From NCBI GenBank assembly GCA_021780585.1, contig JAJXYM010000193.1, forward strand, positions 1 to 33,091: DNA of 33,091 nucleotides, given 5' to 3'. Positions 27,436-33,091 of the stretch are shown here, one piece after another (the stretch's first letter is position 1; every line of letters starts with the position of its first letter). The DNA comes from Deltaproteobacteria bacterium. GTDB taxonomy: Bacteria; Desulfobacterota; Binatia; Binatales; Binataceae. Made by a program: the position numbers and the translations under genes. A model generated the notes under the pieces. It was not told the origin of the DNA. It saw only the letters and a list, made by a program, of their open reading frames with translations, and ran no database searches.

Positions 27436-28455
27436 ATGAAGGCAATCGCCAAAACTCGGCCCGAACATGGCGTCGAAATTGTTGACGTGCCGGTGCCCAA
27501 GCCCGGTCCCGGCGAACTGCTGGTCAAGGTTGCGGCCTGCGGCATCTGCGGCTCGGACCTGCATATCTACCTGTGGGAGCTGGGCGCGGAGCGGGCGCTG
27601 CCGTCGATGCCCGCCGTGATCGGCCATGAGCCGGCCGGCGAAGTCGTCGAAGTCGGCGCCGGCGTGAGCGGCTTCAAACCCGGCGACCATGTCGCGCTCG
27701 ATCCCTTCGGGCCGTGCGGGCGATGCGCCGCGTGCCTGTCGGGGCGCTACAATTTTTGCCATACGCCCGGCCGGCTCGGCGGCGCCTTTGCCGAATATTG
27801 TATTGCGCCCGTGCAAAATTCCTGGCTCGTGCCGAAGACCATGGACTTCGAGCAGGCCGCCCTGCTCGAACCGTTCGCGACCGGCCTGCACGCGATCGAG
27901 GAGTCCTCGCTCAAGGCCGGCGACAGCGCGGTGATCGAAGGGCCCGGCCCGATCGGCCTGTGCACGGCGATCGCGGCGCGCGCGCTCGGCGTCACGTCGA
28001 TCGTTATCACCGGCCTTGCGGCCGACGCCGAACGGCTCGCGCTCGCCCGCGAGATGGGCTTCCAGACGGTCTGCGCCTCGGATCGCGACTGGACCGATCA
28101 GGTGCGCGCGCTCGTGCCGCCGCATGGCGCGGACGCGGTTTTCGACGCGGCCGGTTTCCTCGATTCCGTGCGCCATCTGGTGAAGCGCGGCGGCGAGGTG
28201 GTGCAGCTCGGATGGCCGGCGCGGGACCTGCCGGCGGCTGAATTGCGCGCGTTGTTCTTTCACGGCGCGAAAATCATCCCGTCGCGCGTGCGCGTGCCCG
28301 AAACCTGGCGGCGCGCGGTCGCGATGGCCGCGGCGGGCGCGGTCGATCTGAAACCGATGGTCACGCATCGTTTCGACCTCGACCACGGCGTCGAGGCGTT
28401 CGAGCTGTTGCACAACCGCAAGGGAGTCAAGGCGCTGATTCTGCCGCGGCTCTGA
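27436..28455 (+). CDS. Zn-dependent alcohol/polyol dehydrogenase (threonine/sorbitol dehydrogenase-like MDR)
   Basis: Catalytic Zn 'CGICGSD', 'GHEPAG'; structural Zn 'CGRCAAC..GRYNFC'; 'LLEP'; 'GPGPIG'. GGAGG RBS. Confidence 0.92.
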   Translation: MKAIAKTRPEHGVEIVDVPVPKPGPGELLVKVAACGICGSDLHIYLWELGAERALPSMPAVIGHEPAGEVVEVGAGVSGFKPGDHVALDPFGPCGRCAACLSGRYNFCHTPGRLGGAFAEYCIAPVQNSWLVPKTMDFEQAALLEPFATGLHAIEESSLKAGDSAVIEGPGPIGLCTAIAARALGVTSIVITGLAADAERLALAREMGFQTVCASDRDWTDQVRALVPPHGADAVFDAAGFLDSVRHLVKRGGEVVQLGWPARDLPAAELRALFFHGAKIIPSRVRVPETWRRAVAMAAAGAVDLKPMVTHRFDLDHGVEAFELLHNRKGVKALILPRL

Positions 28456-28517
28456 TCGCGGCGCGCGATCGCGCCGCCGGCAAAATCTCCGCGGTTACAT
28501 CATCGAGGTGAACTGAC

Positions 28518-29636
28518 ATGCGAAATGGCTACAAAATCGTCGATACCGATTCCCATATGATGGAGCCGGAATGGCTCTGGGAACGCTATATCGAGGACGC
28601 CTACAAATCGCAGGCGCCGAAAGTCGGGCGCGCTCCGGTCTCGAATCGCCGCACCTTCCTGGTCGAAGGCGATTCCTTCGTGCGCGAAAAAGGTAAATAT
28701 CCGATGGCCGCGCCGGCGTTCCTCGAAGCCGTGAAAAAGGCCATGCAGCGTTTCGAGAAGGCGAGCAAAAGCGGTTTCAGCGCGCAGAGCCGGCTCGCAG
28801 ACATGGACGAGCAGGGCGTCGACGTGCAGATTATCTACCCCACCGTCGCCGGCCAGATGCTCGGCCGCGATTTCCACGACACCAAACTGTTGGCCGCCTG
28901 CACCCGCGCCTACAATAACTGGGCCGCCGATTACGCCGCCGCCGCGCCGGAGCGCCTGCGATGGGCCGCGGCGCTGCCGATGCAGGACGTTGAAGAAGCG
29001 ATGAAGGAGGCCCATCGCACCGCCAAAATGGGATGCGTCAGTTACTACATGCGCCCGAACCCGGTCGGCGGCCGTTCGCTGTGGGACGACGCGCTGCTGC
29101 CGCTGTGGAGCGAGATCGAGCAGATCGGCAAGCCGATTTCGACTCATGAGTCGGCGTCGTCGTCGGTGCCGGGCTTCGGCGATCGGATGGACACTCACGT
29201 CAGCGGCCACATTTTGTCGCATCCGTTCGAGGCGATGGCCGCGATGGCGGGCCTGATCTGGTACGGCGTGTTCGAGAAATTCCCGAACCTCAAGGTGATT
29301 CATGTCGAGGCCGACGGCGGCTGGGTGCCCTACTGGCTGCAGCGCATGGAGCAGCATTGGGACTTCAGCGGCAACGCCGAACACGAGTATCTCACCAAGC
29401 GGCCGACTGAGTATTTCAAGCGTAACGTATGCGTCGCCTTCCGCGGCGACGAGCCGACCATGAAGGCGGCGATCGAGATGGTCGGGGCCGACAATTTCAC
29501 CTGGGACACCGACTATCCGCATCCCGACGGCACCTATCCGTGGGGGATCGAGTCGATGCTCAAGCAGCCGATTTCCGACGAGGCGCGCCGCAAGATCTTC
29601 TGGGACAACGCCGCGCGCACCTTCAACCTGAACTGA
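28518..29636 (+). CDS. Amidohydrolase family protein (Amidohydro_2 type)
   Basis: 'IVDTDSHMMEP', 'RLADMDEQGVDVQIIYPT', 'RAYNNW', 'GVFEKFPNLKV..VEA..GWVP', 'DTDYPHPDG', 'KIFWDNAARTF'. GAGGTG RBS. Confidence 0.9.
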   Translation: MRNGYKIVDTDSHMMEPEWLWERYIEDAYKSQAPKVGRAPVSNRRTFLVEGDSFVREKGKYPMAAPAFLEAVKKAMQRFEKASKSGFSAQSRLADMDEQGVDVQIIYPTVAGQMLGRDFHDTKLLAACTRAYNNWAADYAAAAPERLRWAAALPMQDVEEAMKEAHRTAKMGCVSYYMRPNPVGGRSLWDDALLPLWSEIEQIGKPISTHESASSSVPGFGDRMDTHVSGHILSHPFEAMAAMAGLIWYGVFEKFPNLKVIHVEADGGWVPYWLQRMEQHWDFSGNAEHEYLTKRPTEYFKRNVCVAFRGDEPTMKAAIEMVGADNFTWDTDYPHPDGTYPWGIESMLKQPISDEARRKIFWDNAARTFNLN

Positions 29637-29643
29637 CTATTCG

Positions 29644-29683
29644 CGGCGGCCGATCGGTTGGTGCGCGACCGGATCGGCCGCCG
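29644..29683. repeat. Intergenic GC-rich hairpin between co-directional genes
   Basis: CGGCGGCCGATC / GATCGGCCGCCG form a perfect 12-bp stem with no U-tract, so this is more likely an mRNA-stabilising element than a terminator. Confidence 0.6.
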
Positions 29684-29724
29684 TAAACGAACCCGCTAAC
29701 GGCGGCGCGCAGAGGCGCTTCACG

Positions 29725-30915
29725 ATGGATTTCGAATACACGCCAGAACAGGAAGCGTTCCGCGTCAAGGTGCGCGCCTGGCTGAAGGATAACTTCCCGC
29801 CCGAACTCGCGATCGACGATCCGATGGACGAGCGGATCGCGCCCAACCGCGAGATTTTCGAAAAACGGCGCGCATGGCAGCGGAAGCTGGCGGACGCCGG
29901 ATGGGTCGGACTGTCGTGGCCGAAGGAATACGGCGGCGGCTCCGCGAATCTGATGGAGCAGATCATTTTCGACGACGAGTATTTCCGCGCCCGCGCTCCC
30001 GTCCTGCCCGGCTACTCCGGCGTCAGCCTGCTGGGTCCCACGCTGATGCAATGGGGAACCGAGGAGCAGAAGAAAAAATATCTGCCGCGCATCCTGCCCG
30101 CCGCGGACGTTTGGTGTCAGGGCTATTCCGAACCCGGAGCCGGTTCCGATCTCGCCGGCCTCAAGACGCGCGCCGAACTCAAGGGCGATTACTTCATTAT
30201 CAATGGCCAGAAGGTCTGGACCTCCGGCGCGCAATACGCGGACAAGATGTTCCTGCTGGCGCGCACCGATCCCGACGCGCCCAAGCACAAGGGCATCAGC
30301 TATCTGATTATCGACGACATGGGCTCGCCGGGAATCGAGGTGCGGCCGCTGGTCACGATGAGCGGGCATCATCATTTCAACGAAGTCTTTTTCGATAACG
30401 TGCAGATCCCGAAGGAGAATATCGTCGGGCCGCTCAACGAGGGCTGGAAGGTCGCCGTCACCACGCTTGCCTTCGAGCGCGGAATCGCGGGCGGCGGCGG
30501 CCATTCGGCGCAGGTTCGGCGCCTGGCCGATCTGGCGCGGCGCGTTGAAATTGGCGGGCGCCCGGCGTGGGATCACGAATGGGTGCGCCAGGACCTCGCG
30601 CAGTTCCTGATCGAATGCGAAGCGGCGAAATATACCCGCCTGCGTTCGCTGACCCGCCGCCTCAGGGGATTGCCGCCCGGGCCGGAGGGTTCGACGCTCA
30701 AGCTGGTCGGTTCGGAACTGGGGGTGAGAATCGCGCGCTTCGCCAGCGAACTGCTCGGCCCCTACGCGATCCTGGGCGAGCCGACGCCGCTCGTGCCTGA
30801 CGCGCCGCGCTGGCAGAGCCGGCTGCTGAGCTCGCGCCAATACACGATCGCGGGCGGCACCAGCGAAATCCAGCGCAATATCCTGGGCGAGCGGCAACTC
30901 GGATTGCCCAAATAG
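29725..30915 (+). CDS. Acyl-CoA dehydrogenase (actinobacterial FadE-like subgroup)
   Basis: 'WPKEYGGG', 'WCQGYSEPGAGSDLA', 'INGQKVWTS', 'PKHKGIS', 'FNEVFFDNV', 'TTLAFERG', 'TIAGGTSEIQRNILGER.LGLP'. Confidence 0.93.
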   Translation: MDFEYTPEQEAFRVKVRAWLKDNFPPELAIDDPMDERIAPNREIFEKRRAWQRKLADAGWVGLSWPKEYGGGSANLMEQIIFDDEYFRARAPVLPGYSGVSLLGPTLMQWGTEEQKKKYLPRILPAADVWCQGYSEPGAGSDLAGLKTRAELKGDYFIINGQKVWTSGAQYADKMFLLARTDPDAPKHKGISYLIIDDMGSPGIEVRPLVTMSGHHHFNEVFFDNVQIPKENIVGPLNEGWKVAVTTLAFERGIAGGGGHSAQVRRLADLARRVEIGGRPAWDHEWVRQDLAQFLIECEAAKYTRLRSLTRRLRGLPPGPEGSTLKLVGSELGVRIARFASELLGPYAILGEPTPLVPDAPRWQSRLLSSRQYTIAGGTSEIQRNILGERQLGLPK

Positions 30916-30939
30916 CGCGCCCCGCCAATCGCGAGATCA

Positions 30940-30988
30940 CAACGGCCGCCGCGACTCGATCGCGCCGCGCCGGCCGTTGCCATTTTTT
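30940..30988 (+). terminator. Probable intrinsic terminator between convergent genes
   Basis: CAACGGCCG (30940-30948) / CGGCCGTTG (30971-30979), followed by CCATTTTTT. Confidence 0.5.
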
Positions 30989-31016
30989 CGCCGGTTGGCT
31001 CCGGCCCTGACTGGCC

Positions 31017-31604
31017 TTATGGGTCGCGTTGGCGTTCGCGCGTGCTCCACGGACGGGCGTTAACCTGCGAGGCCACGCGCGCCGCCGCCGACGGCGGCAG
31101 CGGCTTGACGATCACCTCGCCGATCATCTCGTCCGCTTCGTGCGACCAGCAGAAATAACGGTACTCGCCGGGCTGGGTGAACGTATGCCGATAGCTTCCA
31201 CCCGGCATCACGTTGCCCGAACTGAACGGTTTGACGCCGGCCGGCAGGGCGACGTCGCCGGGACGGTCCGCCTTGGCGGGATCATCGACCACCGAATGGC
31301 CAACGTCGCCCGTGTTGCGCCATTCGACCGTCTGGCCAACGGTGATATCGATGGTGTCGGGCGAGTACATCGGCGAGTCGTCCTGCATCGTGACGATCGC
31401 GGTCGGGCCGGAAACCGAAGTCGCGAGCGCCGACGCCGGCTGAATCGAGGCGCTCTGGCGCGCATCGGCGTCGGCGAGCGGATCCGCTCGCCCGGTCGAG
31501 GGCGAGAGCAAAAACGGCGTCACCGCGAGCAAGGCGAGGGTGAACCACCCCAGCCGCGCACAAACTCCGGGTCCCCGGTCGGAATTGGTCGCGAATTCGG
31601 GCAC
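31017..31604 (-). CDS. Secreted cupredoxin (plastocyanin/azurin-family blue copper protein)
   Basis: Signal peptide; 'YSPDTIDITVGQTVEWRN....HSVV'; 'PGGSYRHTFTQPGEYRYFC..H....MIGEVIV' supplies the type-1 Cu ligands H, C, H, M. Confidence 0.88.
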   Translation of the reverse strand: MPEFATNSDRGPGVCARLGWFTLALLAVTPFLLSPSTGRADPLADADARQSASIQPASALATSVSGPTAIVTMQDDSPMYSPDTIDITVGQTVEWRNTGDVGHSVVDDPAKADRPGDVALPAGVKPFSSGNVMPGGSYRHTFTQPGEYRYFCWSHEADEMIGEVIVKPLPPSAAARVASQVNARPWSTRERQRDP

Positions 31605-31618
31605 AAGTGAGGCAACTA

Positions 31619-31635
31619 TGCAAAATCAGCGCCCC
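31619..31635 (-). promoter_or_regulatory. Putative sigma54 (-24/-12) promoter of the cupredoxin gene
   Basis: Minus strand GGGGCGCTGATTTTGCA = GGCGC-N5-TTGCA, with GG-N10-GC spacing. Confidence 0.6.
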
Positions 31636-31797
31636 GTGTGCAATCGATCGTTCATGTTCCCGCAATAATAGCCGCAAGTCCGCGGAAATGCGCGATTTTT
31701 CGCGGCCGGACGCAGCCCTGTCCGGCGTGCGGCGGAGGTTGCGCCGATGCGTCCGTGTCGCCGTTATGCTACCGCGTTCGCCCGATATCGTCGTCGC

Positions 31798-33090
31798 TCA
31801 GGCGCTGAGCTTGCGCTTGAGGATTTCGTTGACGACCTTCGGATTCGCCTTGCCGCCAGTCGCCTTCATCACCAGGCCGACGAAAAAGCCGAAGAGCTTG
31901 TCGCGTCCGGCGCGGTATTCGGCGACCTTGGCCGTTTCGGCGGCGATCACGCGATCGCACGCCGCGCCGATCGCGGCTTCGTCCGACACCTGCGCCAGGC
32001 CGAGCTCGGCCACCGTCGCCGTCGCGCCTTTGCCCGACTTGCACATCGCGGCGAACGCGGTCTTTGCCGCATTGAGGCTGATCGCCCCCTCCTCGACCAT
32101 GCGTAGCAGTGCGCCCGATTCGGTCGCGGGCGGCGCCGCCGCGGCGATCGGCTGGCCGCTTTCGTTGACCACCCGAAGCGCCTCGGTCATCACCCAGTTG
32201 GCGGCGGTACGATAATTTTTCAGGCCGGCCGCGACGATCGTTTCGAAGTAGGCGGCGAAGTCGCGGTCCTGGGTGAGCACCGCGGCTTCGTAGGCGGTCA
32301 GGCCGAGGCTTTTGACGAAGCGCGCCCGCTGGTCGGCGGGCAACTCCGGCATCGCGGTCTTGATCGCCTCGATCAGGTCGGGCGTGACTCGCAGCGGCGG
32401 CAGGTCGGGTTCGGGAAAATAGCGATAGTCGTTGGCGAATTCCTTCGAGCGCATCGGGCGCGTCTGTTCGCGCACGGGGTCCCACAGATGGGTCTCCGGA
32501 GCGACGCGGCCGCCGGCTTCGAGAATTTCGATCTGGCGCTCGACTTCGTGCGCGATCGCCTTTTCGACGAAGCGGAACGAGTTGAGATTCTTGATTTCAG
32601 TCTTGACGCCGAATTCCGTCACGCCCTTTTTGCGCACCGAGACGTTGACGTCGCAGCGCAGACCGCCTTCCTCCATTTTGCCGTCGGAGGCCTCGATATA
32701 GCGCAGGATCGAGCGCAATTCGCGCAGATAGGCGCCGGCTTCGTCGGCGGAGCGGAGATCCGGCTCGCTGACGATTTCGACCAGCGGCACGCCCGAGCGG
32801 TTGAAGTCGACCAGACTGGCGTCCGCCTCATGGATATTCTTGCCGGCGTCCTCTTCCATATGGATTCGCGTCAGGCGGATCCGGCGCGGCTCGGCGTCGT
32901 CGCGTTCGGCCGGCAACTCGATATAGCCGCCCTTGCATAGCGGCGACTCGTACTGGCTGATTTGATAGCCCTTGGGCAAATCGGGATAAAAATAGCTCTT
33001 GCGATCGAAAATCGACTCGCGGGCGATTTCGCAATGAGCCGCCAGGCCGGCGCGGATCGCCAATTCGACCGCATGCCGATTCAGCACCGG
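31798..33090 (-). CDS. gatB: Asp/Glu-tRNA amidotransferase subunit B; 5' end lies outside the window
   Basis: 'PVLN', 'FDRKSYFYPDLPKGYQISQY', 'RIHMEEDAGK', 'DFNRSGVPLVEIVSEPD', 'MEEGGLRCDVNVS', 'EIKNLNSF', 'YRYFPEPDLP', 'FFVGLVMKATGGKANP'. Confidence 0.98.
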   Translation of the reverse strand, partial: PVLNRHAVELAIRAGLAAHCEIARESIFDRKSYFYPDLPKGYQISQYESPLCKGGYIELPAERDDAEPRRIRLTRIHMEEDAGKNIHEADASLVDFNRSGVPLVEIVSEPDLRSADEAGAYLRELRSILRYIEASDGKMEEGGLRCDVNVSVRKKGVTEFGVKTEIKNLNSFRFVEKAIAHEVERQIEILEAGGRVAPETHLWDPVREQTRPMRSKEFANDYRYFPEPDLPPLRVTPDLIEAIKTAMPELPADQRARFVKSLGLTAYEAAVLTQDRDFAAYFETIVAAGLKNYRTAANWVMTEALRVVNESGQPIAAAAPPATESGALLRMVEEGAISLNAAKTAFAAMCKSGKGATATVAELGLAQVSDEAAIGAACDRVIAAETAKVAEYRAGRDKLFGFFVGLVMKATGGKANPKVVNEILKRKLSA

Positions 33091-33091
33091 C

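Overview
High-GC bacterial chromosomal segment with no rRNA, tRNA, CRISPR array or mobile element that I can support. From left to right it carries: a 5'-truncated secreted SBBP beta-propeller protein and a convergent S53 (sedolisin-type) peptidase, which share a C-terminal Ig-like (ASH / choice-of-anchor-D-like) domain; an orphan ExeA-like AAA ATPase with a LysM domain; and a minus-strand potassium-uptake locus. That locus runs: small KdpZ-like peptide, kdpF, kdpA, kdpB, kdpC, stand-alone KdpD(N)-Usp, KinB-like HAMP/PAS kinase, AlgB/NtrC-like sigma54 activator, then a second kinase with an atypical H-box and a lipoprotein. It has no OmpR-type kdpE and is preceded by a -24/-12 (sigma54) promoter. 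The right half holds catabolic and redox genes (two acyl-CoA dehydrogenases, quinone oxidoreductase, cytochrome c, HTH-citrate synthase fusion, LLM oxidoreductase, myo-inositol-1-phosphate synthase, SnoaL-like protein, CaiB/AMACR, Zn-dehydrogenase, amidohydrolase, cupredoxin) and a 5'-truncated gatB. The best candidate for an under-described system is the sigma54-wired, split-KdpD Kdp regulatory module. Four GG-N10-GC sigma54-type promoters were found by eye in intergenic DNA. The gene repertoire resembles that of Candidatus Binataceae-like soil bacteria, which is an inference only. All calls come from motif recognition without database searches.
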